A stretch of 27,064 nt of DNA from Octopus sinensis (Eukaryota), in the NCBI RefSeq assembly GCF_006345805.1, contig NW_021835598.1:1-27064 (forward strand). The letters are read 5' to 3'. The position numbers and the translations under genes were made by a program. Shown here piece after piece: positions 1 through 11,364 of this stretch (its first letter is position 1; each line of letters opens with the position of its first letter). The notes under the pieces are model-generated. The model searched no databases. It was not told the origin of the DNA and was given only the letters and a program-made list of their open reading frames with translations.

Positions 1-44
1 TGTGATGAACATTTGCTGTGCTGTTGGTGACGGTCGGTATTGAA

Positions 45-279
45 GGTGAGCTTGGCAGAAACGTTAGCACGTCAGGCGAAATGCCTAGCCGCATTTCGTC
101 TGCCGTTACGTTCTGCGTTCAAATTCCTCCGAGGTCGACTTTGTCTTTCATCCTTTCGGGGTCGATTAAATAAGTACCAGTTACGCACTGGGGTCGATAT
201 AATCGGCTTAATCCGTTTGTCTGTCCTTCTTTGTCCCCTCTGTGTTTAGCCCCTTGTGGGTAGTAAAGAAATAGGTATT
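45..279 (+). mobile_element. tRNA-derived SINE, family A
   Basis: Head GGTGAGCTTGGCAGAAACGTTAGC with B-box-like GTTCAAATTCC; body GAGGTCGACTTTGTCTTTCATCCTTTCGGGGTCGATTAAATAAGTACCAG recurs at 4423-4833 and 14794-15412. Confidence 0.85.
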
Positions 280-737
280 GGAGGTGTGGAGATAATGGTG
301 TTTTTAATAGCGTTGTTGTAGTTTTTGGTACTGGGAGCTGTTGTAAAGGTGGATAAATTTGATTCTTAGTTTACTTAATCATTAGAAACTTCGAACGAAC
401 GTGAAATAATTTGTTCTTTAACTGTTGAAATCGAAGCAAATAAGACGTTTCGGATAAAATACTTCGCCAGTGAGATAGATGAGGGGTTTGTCATATAGGT
501 GATTCGATATAAATGAATGTACGAAGCATACAAATCCGTAACCTTGTGTGATTCGTATAACAGCGTATAAGAATTTGGTTAGAAATTTCTTTGGATGGAA
601 AAATGAAAGGCTAGGCAGCCTTCTATCCAGACTGGTTTTTAATTCTGTATTTACACGTTCTTATTTATAGTTTTATCTACTTCAAATTAAAACGATTGAA
701 AACAAATAACGAAAACTTTGCATACGCTTTATTCTCT

Positions 738-972
738 CTTTTACTTGTTTCAGTCAGTTGGCTGTGGCCATGCCGGAGCACCGCCTTTAGTCGAGCACAT
801 CGACCCCAGGACTTATTCTTTGTAAGCCTAGTACTTATTCTATCGGTCTATTTTGCCGAGCTGCTAAGTTGCGGGGACGTAAACACACCAGCATCGGTTG
901 TCAAGCGATGTTGGGGACAAACACAGTTACACAAACATATACACACACAGATATACACACACATGCCCACAT

Positions 973-1035
<63 letters not shown>

Positions 1036-1197
1036 GAAGGGATTCTTTTAGTTTCGTCTACCAAATCCACTCACAGGGCTCTGGTTGGCCCTAGGCTATA
1101 GTAGAATCCACTTGCCCAAGGTGTAACACATTGGGTGTGAACCCGGAATCATGTGGTTCGTAAGCAAGCTACTTATCACACAGCCGCTCCTGTGCTT
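738..1197 (-). mobile_element. tRNA-derived SINE, family B (CORE-like; resembles octopus OR-type SINEs)
   Basis: Reverse complement of the 14048-14405 copy; internal (CA)n/(TA)n tract. Confidence 0.88.
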
Positions 1198-1334
1198 ATA
1201 TTTGTAATCTGTTTATGTTTTGTGTCTATATTATTGGTTGAGATAGTAGTGTTTGGTGTTTGCTAATACTGCTGGTAAGAACGCTTATGTGAGATTTGAT
1301 AATGTATTATTATTATTATTATTATTTTGGGTGA

Positions 1335-1380
1335 AAGCGATGAGCTGGCAGAATCATTACAACACCGAACAAAATGCTTT
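1335..1380 (+). mobile_element. SINE family A head fragment
   Basis: GATGAGCTGGCAGAATCATTACAACACCGAACAAAATGCTT matches the family A head. Confidence 0.6.
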
Positions 1381-1395
1381 GAGTACATACTTACA

Positions 1396-1426
1396 TACAA
1401 CACACATACATACATACATACATACA

Positions 1427-1472
<46 letters not shown>

Positions 1473-1530
1473 ATATATATATATACATATACATATATAT
1501 ATTATATATAGATATATATATATATTATAT
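1396..1530. repeat. (CATA)n/(TA)n microsatellite
   Basis: Seen directly. Confidence 0.95.
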
Positions 1531-1768
1531 GTCAGCAGGGGACAAACACACACACACACACACATGCACACACCACTGTTATATATATACATACGACGGC
1601 TTCTTTCAGGTTTTATCTACGAAATCCACTCACTAGGCTTTGGTCGGCCTGAGGCTAAAGTAGAAGACACTGCATAAGGTGCCACGAAGCCATGCCTGCA
1701 CCTATAAATTTATATAACATATGCATACATACACATGCATATATATAAATACAGGCACACATACCATG

Positions 1769-1805
<37 letters not shown>

Positions 1806-2043
1806 TGTATGTGTGCCTGTATTTATATATATGCATGTGTATGTATGCAATATGTAATATAATTTATAGGTGCAGGCATGGCTTCGTGGCACCTTATGCA
1901 GGTGTTTCTACTTAGCCTCAGGCCGACCAAAAGCCTAGTGAGTGGATTTCGTAGATAAAAACTGAAAGAAAGCCCGTCGTATTATATATATAATACATGT
2001 GTGGTGCATGTGTGGGTGTGTGTGTGTTTGTCCCCTGCTTGAC
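1531..2043. repeat. Fold-back inverted repeat, arms about 240 bp, centred on (TA)n; arms contain a partial family B SINE
   Basis: 1531-1770 is the reverse complement of 1803-2043 apart from small indels. Confidence 0.92.
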
Positions 2044-2072
2044 ATATATTATATATATATATATAATATATA

Positions 2073-2341
2073 TAGGGAGAGGAGGTTTAATACTTTCAGT
2101 CTTTCCCAGTAGCTGATATTTTGCATTGAGACGATCTTCTTTGTGTAGCTTCTCTGAATTGCTTCAAATTCTGCTGTTAGTTATTCGATAGAGTTTTTTT
2201 TTTGCTGAACCGCAATGTGATAGGGACCTAAACAAACCGACAGTTATTGTCAAGCATCATGTGTGTATGTGTATGGACCTCGAAACGATGAAAGGGAAAG
2301 TCGAAGTCAGCGGAATTTGATTTGAGAACATACTTACGTAC

Positions 2342-2388
<47 letters not shown>

Positions 2389-2654
2389 TATGTACGTAAG
2401 TATGTCTCAAATCAAAATTCCGATGACTTCGACTTCCCTTTCATCGTTTCGAGGTCCATACACATACACACATGATGCCTTGACAATAACTGTCGGTTGT
2501 TTAGGTCCTATCACATTGCGTTCAGCAAAAAAAAACTCTATCGAATAACTAACAGCAGATTTGAAGCAATTCAGAGAAAGCTACACAAAGAAGATCGTCT
2601 CAATGCAAAATATCAGCTACTGGGAAAGACTGAAAGTATTAACCTCCTCTCCTA
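2073..2654. repeat. Fold-back inverted repeat, arms about 265 bp, centred on (TA)n
   Basis: 2073-2341 is the reverse complement of 2392-2654; differences are mostly homopolymer indels. Confidence 0.93.
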
Positions 2655-3118
2655 GAGCGGAGGCGGGAGAGATATGCGGTGATATACATCTGGAAAATCC
2701 TGGAGGGCCTTGTCACAAACTTTGGCATTCAAAGTTACCCCAACCGCAGAACGGAGCGCCACTGCATGGTGTCAAAGATTCCAACATCACCATCAAAATA
2801 CAGGACAAGATACTGCAACAGCTTTGGTTTCAGAGGACCACAGCTCTTTAACATCCTCCCTAAATGCCTGAGAGACTTACATGGTGTGGATGTGGATTTC
2901 TTTAAAACTAAACTATATCTCTTCTTGTCGGGAGTCCCAGATGAACCTACCTCACGACAGGAAACGCAGATGCGGGCAGCAACATCGAACTCCCTTGTTG
3001 ATCAAGTGCCACGTATCAGAGGTGGATTCACATATTAGTGTAGCTCATTCAGCGGTGGTGCCCCAGCATGGCCGTGGCCTTCGGGCTAAAACATTTTAAA
3101 GGAATTTAAGGATTTTAA
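2545..3118 (+). mobile_element. 5'-truncated LINE (CR1/L2 group): ORF2 C-terminus, 3' UTR and repeat tail
   Basis: Reconstructed translation EAIQRSYTKKIVSMQNISYWERLKVLNLLSLERRRERYAVIYIWKIL...NSFGFRGPQLFNILP...FKTKL is typical of the post-RT region of CR1/L2-group ORF2; stop at 3038; tail of (TTTAAGGA)-like units. Confidence 0.85.
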
Positions 3119-3149
3119 CTCATACGTTTTTCAAAATCACACAAAAAAT

Positions 3150-3218
3150 GTACTTGTATCGATTTGTTTGACTAAATCTTTCAAGGCTTTGCCCCAGTAT
3201 GGTGCATTCCAATGACTG
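3150..3218 (+). mobile_element. SINE family B tail fragment
   Basis: GATTTGTTTGACTAAA...GCCCCAGTATGG...AATGACTG matches the family B tail. Confidence 0.55.
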
Positions 3219-3219
3219 T

Positions 3220-3426
3220 TCTTTCTCGAGCCATGCCAGGCTCATAAGGTCCGGTTTCCCGGTTTCAGTGGCGTAGAAATTCCCCACCTGCCAACTGAGT
3301 GGACTGGAGCAACGTGAAATGAAGTGTTTTGCTCAAGAACACAACGCATCACCTGGTCCAAGAATCGAAACCACAACCTTACGATCATGAGTTCAACACA
3401 CTAACCACTAAACTACGGGCTTCCAC
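3220..3426 (-). mobile_element. tRNA-derived SINE, family C
   Basis: Minus strand has A-box-like TAGTTTAGTGG and B-box-like GTTTCGATTCT, then CORE-like TTCTTGAGCAAAACACTTCATTTCAC. Confidence 0.65.
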
Positions 3427-3447
3427 AAATGTTATATATATATATGG

Positions 3448-3449
<2 letters not shown>

Positions 3450-3509
<60 letters not shown>
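3450..3509. repeat. (GA)n microsatellite
   Basis: Seen directly. Confidence 0.95.
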
Positions 3510-3512
<3 letters not shown>

Positions 3513-4052
3513 GGATATATATAGCTGAAAGCATCCCTCATGCTAATGCCACAAACAAAGAAGAACGGCACCTACGTATCATGCGTTTTGTGTTTTTTTT
3601 TCCTTTGCTTTGAGAGGCATGTGGCCGCCATTTTACAAAGGGCTTTCATAAATAAGTTTCTATCCTGCTGGCTTTGCTTAAGTTATTTGAAGTTAGTATT
3701 GTGACGTTATCGCTGTTGCTAATTATGTGTATAATTTTATATACTGCTAACTTTGTTTATGTTGCTCACAAACGTTTGCCATTTAATATTTGTCTTTGAT
3801 GAAATGTCTTTATTTCCTTGTTTAAAATGTTTTATGTTGGCATTTATTTGTTTCGTGTGTTATGTTAATGCGTTGAATTTCAGCTGGTTCCTACTTTTAT
3901 GAGATTCGTTCATTTTTTTCAGTTATATAATGTGTCGCCTTTTTATGTGTTGCACTGTGGGATATAGTGTCTGGTAGCGTCTATAGTAGTTGTCTCTTTC
4001 TCTATATGTATGTGTTTATATATTAATATATTGTTTTTATTCTTTCTTTTAT

Positions 4053-4110
4053 TCTTTTATTTGTTTCAGTCATTTGACTGCAGTCATGCTGGAGCACCGC
4101 CTTTAGTCGA
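4053..4110 (-). mobile_element. SINE family B 3' tail only
   Basis: TTGTTTCAGTCATTTGACTGCAGTCATGCTGGAGCACCGCCTTTAGTCGA. Confidence 0.8.
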
Positions 4111-4208
4111 ATATATATATATGAAATATAACGATGAAATCGACTTACCCCTTAGCCCTAAATTGCTGACCTTGTGCCAAAATTTGATACCAATATTAGA
4201 TTACTTGA

Positions 4209-4421
4209 AGGCAGGGATTTGGCAGGATTGATGGCACGCCGGCCAAAATGCTTAGTAACATTTCCTCCATGTTACGTCCTGAGTTCAAATTCCACCCTGA
4301 TCAACTTTGCTTTTCATCTTTCAAGATCGATAAAATGGCTACCAGTTGCGAACCAGGGTCGCGGCAATCGACTTTATCCTCCCTCGACGTTTCTGGCCTT
4401 GTGCCAAAGTTTGAAACCAAT
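4209..4421 (+). mobile_element. Diverged SINE family A
   Basis: GAGTTCAAATTCC B-box, family A body and CCTTGTGCCAAAGTTTGAAAC end; a tail fragment precedes it at about 4132-4195. Confidence 0.75.
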
Positions 4422-4422
4422 A

Positions 4423-4833
4423 TTTCTTATTTTTTTATTGCCCACAAGGGGCCAAACATAGAGGAGACAAAGAAGGACAGACAAAGAGATTAAGTCGATT
4501 ACATCGACCCCAGTGCGTAACTGATACTTATTTAATCGACCCCGACAGGATAAAGGCAAAGTCGACCTCGGCGGAATTTGAACTCAGAACGTAGCGGCAG
4601 ATGAAATACATATTTCTTTACTACCCACAAGGGGCTAAACACAGAGAGGACAAACAAGGACAAACAAACGGATTAAGTCGATTATATCGACCCGAGTGTG
4701 TAACTGGTACTTAATTTATTGATCCCGAAAGGATGGAAGGCGAAGTCTACCTCGTCGGAATTTGAAGTCAGAACGTAGCGGCAGACGAAATACCGTTAAG
4801 TATTTTGCCAGGCGTGCTAACGATTCTGCCAGC
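4423..4833 (-). mobile_element. SINE family A with two tandem body units
   Basis: Units about 4423-4610 and 4611-4800; head at 4800-4833 (GCTAACGATTCTGCCAGCT). Confidence 0.85.
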
Positions 4834-4964
4834 TGTTTAAAAGATCCTTTTAAATTTTTATAATAAAATATCGTTAGAAATTGTATTAAAGATATTGCTC
4901 AAGAACATTTTGTATATCGAAGATATATTGCCAATTGATTGGACATAAATTTCAACAACAATAT

Positions 4965-5012
4965 CTTACGTGGACCCACGAGTGTCATATGTACCCCAGG
5001 TGAGAACCATTG
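4965..5012. mobile_element. Possible hAT-like DNA transposon terminus
   Basis: GGACCCACG...GTACCCCAGGTGAGAACCATTG resembles the GGTTGAGAACCACTG ends of hAT elements; the partner end was not found. Confidence 0.3.
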
Positions 5013-5484
5013 ATGTGGATGTTCACACGTTGATTTCGCAGCTCTATTGTTGGCGATGCTTATATTGGTGTCAAGAATAATAAAGTTGGTTAGTATTGTG
5101 TAACGGTAGAGTGTGGGATAGCGCTGTCAGTTTTTAAAGGTGTACAATAGCATGATATTGACTTGGCATGGTGTTCTGTTGGCATAATATTGTGGTTTAA
5201 TATATATTGTGCTATCATCGCAAAATATTGTGATAGACATGTCTGAGAGGTTTGAATGTGTTTCCGCTTATAAATACATACACACATACATACATACATA
5301 CATACATACATACATACATACATACATACATACATACATACATACATACATACATACATGTGTATCCGTGTGTATATGTGTTTGTACGTGAGTGTGTGTA
5401 CGTATGTGTGTATGTATATATATATATGTATACACACACATGCACACATGCGTGTAAATATATATATATATATATATATATATA

Positions 5485-5554
5485 GTGCAAACACATATAT
5501 ATCTATGTAATATATATATAGTAAGTGTGGTGTAAACAATGTCTCTATATATAC

Positions 5555-5585
<31 letters not shown>

Positions 5586-6380
5586 CATACATACATACAT
5601 ACTTGTACGTGCCTGCATGTGTCAGCGTGTATGTATTTATGTATATACGTTAAACATGTATATACATGTATATGTTGTATGTGTGTATATACATACATGT
5701 AACTATGTGTGTATTTGTATGAGTATACCTATATAAATACATACAAACATACATACATACAAACATGCATATATGTATACATACATACATACATACATAC
5801 ATACATACATACATACATACATACATACATACATACATAGCACACGTACATACAGAGAGTAAGAGTCAGAGATGTATAGAAATAGAAAGCGACTGAGAAA
5901 CATGATAGCCACAGTGAGAAATATGGTCAAGCGGACACACATGTGAGGTAAGATGAGAAAACTAAATTCAACGAGACAAAGAAATACCAATATGCCCGAG
6001 ATAGTGGAGGTGTTGGTAGTGATGGTGGTGGTGCTGGTGCTGGTGGAGATAAGTGGCGATCTTGTCTTTGGTGTTGTTGTTATTGTTGAAAGTGATGGTG
6101 GTGGGGAACGAAGTTTGAATAAACTGAATATTTAACGCGTGTAACATCAAGAAGTGTCCAGTAGTTGACCGTAAGAGGAAGACACGAGTACGAAATGAAT
6201 ATGGAGCGTGAACGGACATATTGAAGATGTAATAGACTGTGAACTAAACGTAAATATCCATATAATGGTGTGTATATGTATGTGTGTAATATATATATAT
6301 ATATTATATGTGCAAACACATATATATCTATGTATATTATATATATAAGTGTGTGTGTAAACAAATGTCTCTATATATAC

Positions 6381-6411
<31 letters not shown>

Positions 6412-7108
6412 CATACATACATACATACTTGTACGTGCCTGCATGTGTCAGCGTGTATGTATTTATGTATATACGTTAAACATGTATATACATGTATATG
6501 TTGTATGTGTGTATATACATACATGTAACTATGTGTGTATTTGTATGAGTATACCTATATAAATACATACAAACATACATACATACAAACATGCATATAT
6601 GTATACATACATACATACATACATACAACACATACATACATACATACATACATCATACATACATACATAGCACACGTACATACAGAGAGTAAGAGTCAGA
6701 GATGTATAGAAATAGAAAGCGACTGAGAAACATGATAGCCACAGTGAGAAATATGGTCAAGCGGACACACATGTGAGGTAAGATGAGAAAACTAAATTCA
6801 CGAGACAAAGAAATACCAATATGCCCGAGATAGTGGAGGTGTTGGTAGTGATGGTGGTGGTGCTGGTGCTGGTGGAGATAAGTGGCGATCTTGTCTTTGG
6901 TGTTGTTGTTATTGTTGAAAGTGATGGTGGTGGGGAACGAAGTTTGAATAAACTGAATATTTAACGCGTGTAACATCAAGAAGTGTCCAGTAGTTGACCG
7001 TAAGAGGAAGACACGAGTACGAAATATGAATATGGAGCGTGAACGGACATATTGAAGATGTAATAGACTGTGAACTAAACGTAAATATCCATATAATGGT
7101 GTGTATAT

Positions 7109-7120
<12 letters not shown>
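5485..7120 (+). repeat. Near-identical tandem duplication, two units of about 825 bp
   Basis: GTGCAAACAC starts at 5485 and 6310; unique block 5839-6290 recurs at about 6670-7120; bounded by (TA)n. Confidence 0.95.
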
Positions 7121-7154
<34 letters not shown>

Positions 7155-7313
7155 ATATATTCATAGATATATATATATATATATATACATATACATATTC
7201 ATATATATATATACATATATATATATACAGAGAGAGAGAGAGAGAGAGAGAGTAAAGTGATAGGCATGCAAATATTCAGACATGCGCACACATATGTGTA
7301 TATATATATATTA

Positions 7314-7359
<46 letters not shown>

Positions 7360-7483
7360 TATATGTATGTATGTATATATATATGTATATAATATATATA
7401 TATACATACATACATGCATACATACATTTACCTGTCCATACATATATATGTAATGGGACAGAGCGAGAAAGCAAAGCCGCGGA

Positions 7484-7510
<27 letters not shown>
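7117..7510. repeat. Compound (TA)n/(GA)n microsatellites
   Basis: Seen directly. Confidence 0.9.
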
Positions 7511-7514
<4 letters not shown>

Positions 7515-8334
7515 AAAGAAGGTACAGGAAGACGGAGAGAGAGTGGCACAAACGTATTGTCAGTGAGTGAGATTGAGGTGAGGTAATAGAGGGTAAAGTC
7601 GCAATATATAAAAAAAGCTCATGATTTAATGAGTACGTGGGAAGAAAAGAGGGAGTGACAGAATATGGGAGAGGGAGAGAGAGAGAGAGTGAGAAATAGA
7701 AAGAGAGAGAGAGACTGTCTGGAGATAGAAAGGAAGGAAGACAAACGGAGATGCTGCGTAAATATGGCGCGTAGAGAATTATACGCAGGGACAGGTGATG
7801 GATGAAGCGGGAAATTGGACGAAATGAGATTGTTTGAGATAGATGGCGGACTGGAAGCGAATAGGCGACGTAGTAAACGATCGGATGGTGTCGGGGGGTG
7901 AGGGGGTGGAGGCATAAGATCTGTGATTAGTCTTTATGTCATTAGTGATTAGTGGACGTTATTCGATCAGACAGATCGGTTATACTAACTAGTATACCAG
8001 GTCAGCTATGAAATGATTGATAATCGAAGAGATAAATCAATATGCATTTACACGTAGGTGCGGCGTGCGTACGTACATACACATACCATACAACACATTC
8101 ATACAAACATAGGCACGCACACATCCATACATACATACACACACTTTTATACAAACGTACTTACGTACATTTATTCATTCATTGAACCATACATGCATAC
8201 ATACATACACGCATGCATACAGACATACATACATACATACATACATACATGTGTGCATGTGTATGCGTTAAGAGAAAGAAGGGAGAAATAGAGAATTAGT
8301 TTTCAAAGAGTTACATATACTCTTTTTTCTCTGT

Positions 8335-8546
8335 TTTACTCTCCTTTACTCTTTTACTTGTTTCAGTTATTTGACTGCAGCCATGCTGGAGCACCGCCTT
8401 TAGTCGCTCAAAATGACCCTAGGACTTATTCTTTGTAAGCCTAGTACTTATTCTACCGGTCTCTTTTGCCGAACCGCTAAGTTACGGGGATGTAAACACA
8501 CCAGCATCGGTTGTCAAGCGACGTTGGGGGGACAAACACAGTCGCA

Positions 8547-8592
<46 letters not shown>

Positions 8593-8748
8593 CGCGGGGC
8601 TTCTATCAGTTTCCGTCTACTAAATCCACTCACGAAGCTTTGGTCGGCCCGAGGCTATAGCAAAAGACACTTGTCCAAGGTGCCACGCAGTGGGACCGAA
8701 CACGGAACCATGTGGTTCGTAAGCAAGCTACTTACCACACAGCCACTC
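8335..8748 (-). mobile_element. SINE family B
   Basis: Near full-length match to other copies; (TTTTACTC)-type tail and internal (CA)n. Confidence 0.9.
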
Positions 8749-8814
8749 TTTTCCTACATAAAGCACAGAAATTATGTGTTTATACATAGATACATATGTG
8801 TGTGTGTGTGTGTG

Positions 8815-8995
8815 TAGTCGATTCAAATACACGATTAAAAAACAGAAAACACGAGGACATGCATAAGAAATGCATTATCTTGAAGCTCGGTGAAAGAGGA
8901 GTGTGTGACGTTTCGAGTAAGACTCTTCGTGTGTAGGATAAAGGGAAAAATCCATAGAACGAAAGAAAATCGCCAACGGTACACCTGTAGTTACA
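8815..8995 (-). mobile_element. Penelope-like terminal fragment with degenerate hammerhead at about 8901-8933
   Basis: Minus strand ACGA-A-GAGT-CTT-ACTC-GAAAC-GTC; homologous to 26295-26500 (shared AACACGAG and AAATCGCCAACG.TACAC). Confidence 0.55.
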
Positions 8996-9247
8996 TTTCT
9001 TGTATGTATGCACGGATATAATGATAACTAAGCTTTAATATAAATCGTTATAAACACCAAACTGCCACATAGATATGAGAGGTGATCGGTTAGAGATGGA
9101 ATCTCGTATCTCATGCATATTCCATATCTGCCTTAGCTTACATCACGAACCTTCACTAGCATTGCATTTGTTTCACCCAGCCCACTCTACCACCATATAG
9201 GCTGCATTTAGAGTATTACTCTACAGTCGTGACCAAAAGTTTATAAC

Positions 9248-9411
9248 AGGTGTAGGAGTGGCTGTGTGGTAACTATCTTGCTTACGAACCAAATGGTTCC
9301 GGGTTCAATCCCACTGCGTGACACCTTGGGGAAGTGTCTTCTGCTATAGCCTCGGGCCGTCCAAAGCCTTGTCAGTGGATTTGGTAGACGGAATCTGAAA
9401 GAAGCCCGTCG

Positions 9412-9447
<36 letters not shown>

Positions 9448-9700
9448 TGTATGTATGTATGTATGTATGTATGTATGTATGTATGCATGTATGTATGTAT
9501 GTATGTTTGTGTATATGTTTGTGTGTCTGATTTGTCCCCACAAACATCGCTTGACAACCGATGCTGGTGTGTTTACGTCCCCTTAACTTAGCGGTTCGGC
9601 AAAAGAGACCGATAGAGTAAGTACTAGGCTTACGAAGAATAAGGCGGTGCACCGGCATGGCCACAGGCAAATGATTGAAACAAGTAAAAGTGTAAAAAAA
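9248..9700 (+). mobile_element. SINE family B
   Basis: A box TGGCTGTGTGG, B box GGTTCAATCCC, internal (GTAT)n; deletion near the tail. Confidence 0.9.
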
Positions 9701-10209
9701 TAGAGAGTAACACTTTAAAAAAATTAATATTGTTATGCTCAAGTACAATTCGATTCAAATATATATATCCACAGAACGTAAAGATATAATTAATTAATAA
9801 CTGATCCAATGGTTCAATATCTAGAGAAAAATTGCTGATTTATGTTCCAATCTTTTAGCCACGAACGTATATTTTAGCTTCGTTATGACTTTATATTTGA
9901 CCTAATTAGATGCATCTACACACACGCATTCATACATAAATACATATGTGTATGTGTATATTTAACCCTGGATTCAATAACACTGTGTATAAACTCTATA
10001 CTTGGAATGACCAATTTTAAATTCTATTGGATTTTACTCATAAGGTATTGGAATATTATATTATACCATTCTGCCTACTAAAATGGATCTAAAATCTACA
10101 AATACAATATCCCTACATATCTCACATCTATTTTCTTTTATTTTCTCCACCACACTCTCTATTTTATATCTTATCTAAATTAACTATTTCTTAACTATCC
10201 TCTCACACC

Positions 10210-10257
10210 GTCTCCAATGAAAGGATATAGTAAATATCCTGGAAACAGCTGTAAGAC
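10210..10257 (+). ncRNA. Degenerate type I hammerhead ribozyme (Penelope-like)
   Basis: GUCU-CCAAUGA-A-AGGAUAU[AGUAA]AUAUCCU-G-GAAAC-AGCU-GUA-AGAC: all three stems can form; the core differs from CUGAUGA at two positions. Confidence 0.65.
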
Positions 10258-10321
10258 ATTCTATCTATAAATATCCTAAAATTTACACAGCCTTGTTTTT
10301 TTTATCTCATTACGTAATAAA

Positions 10322-10365
<44 letters not shown>

Positions 10366-11364
10366 AGGGTTGAACAAACAGAACACAACAAGGAGAAAAA
10401 GTTAGACGAAAGTAGCGCAAACGGAAAACTAGAAGAAAACTTAATGGACGGGAAATATAAACAAAGACACGATACAAGGAATAATCGCAGTTGAATTTTC
10501 CTTGTCAGTCTATCAGTCAAAATATTATAGTGGTTTCACGCCATTATCGTTGAGATCGCCCAATCTTGGATGCGCCAGTGCTGTTATTAAGCTAGCGGGA
10601 AAAAGCTTGTGTGACAGAAACAAACAAGACATTATATAATTACCTCAGGCGAAGAATTATGCATATATAGCAGCACAAAGCCTTACGGCTATATACAGCA
10701 GAAGGAGAAAAAATAATAAATATACAAATACCATAAATACAGCAGGAAGAGTTTTGCAGCTATTGAACGAAATTAGTGGGGTTGTGTAAGATGAAATGCA
10801 GTAAGTCCTAATGGACGTAGCAGAGGCCCAAACCAGCATGACCAGTCTGGCCAAAGGTAGGGCGGAAAATAAAAACACCACTTTCAACGGATACCGGTCA
10901 GGTGGTAGGGAAGAAGTAGAGAAGGAAAGAATGGGATATATATATATAGAGAGAGAGCGAAGTAGCTGAGGGAGTGGAGAAACAGAGTGAAAGAGAGAGA
11001 AGAGAAAGGTACAAGAGAGGCATTCAAGGGTAAAAGTGGAGAAAATGATAGAATAAGAGGTGGAGAGAGGTAGATTAAGAGGGAAAGAGAGGGACAGAAA
11101 GAGAGTGAACTGCTCCGTGAACAGGGATTAATCTTCTCTCTTCGCTCCTTTGCCCCACATGGGCTCAACTCTCCTTCCCTCTTCATCTAACCTCATCCCC
11201 TCTCCACACTTCCTCTCACAACTACTTCATCCCACTCACCCCTCCTCTCTTGCTCCGACTCCTATCTTCTCTTCACTCCTACCCGCTTTCTCCCTTCCTC
11301 CTTTCCCTTCATAGTCACCCCTCCCTTGTAACCCCACCCCACACAATCCAACTCCACTTTCCCC

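Noticed and set aside
1378-2411. About 20-bp inverted match between 1378-1398 and 2392-2411 as transposon TIRs
   Set aside because: Low complexity, overlaps SINE sequence and has no TSD.
3570-3625. Possible further hammerhead relic on the minus strand (AAAACGCATGATACGTA) near (TA)n
   Set aside because: No recognisable CUGANGA or stem II.
5090-5698. 202-aa ORF and similar YI/HT/VCMY-rich ORFs, including those at 24749-25340
   Set aside because: Translations of microsatellites that lack stop codons.
8413-8817. Recurrent 'homologous' ORFs (e.g. CRTAKLRG..HTSIGCQA)
   Set aside because: They are SINE family B copies; frames and stops are inconsistent between copies.
10364-10900. Hammerheads in the blocks next to the 10328 (TA)n tract
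   Set aside because: Only isolated GAAA or CUGA words; the stems and core cannot be assembled.
10905-11360. Purine-rich then pyrimidine-rich block as a long hairpin
   Set aside because: Compositional switch only; no sustained complementarity.
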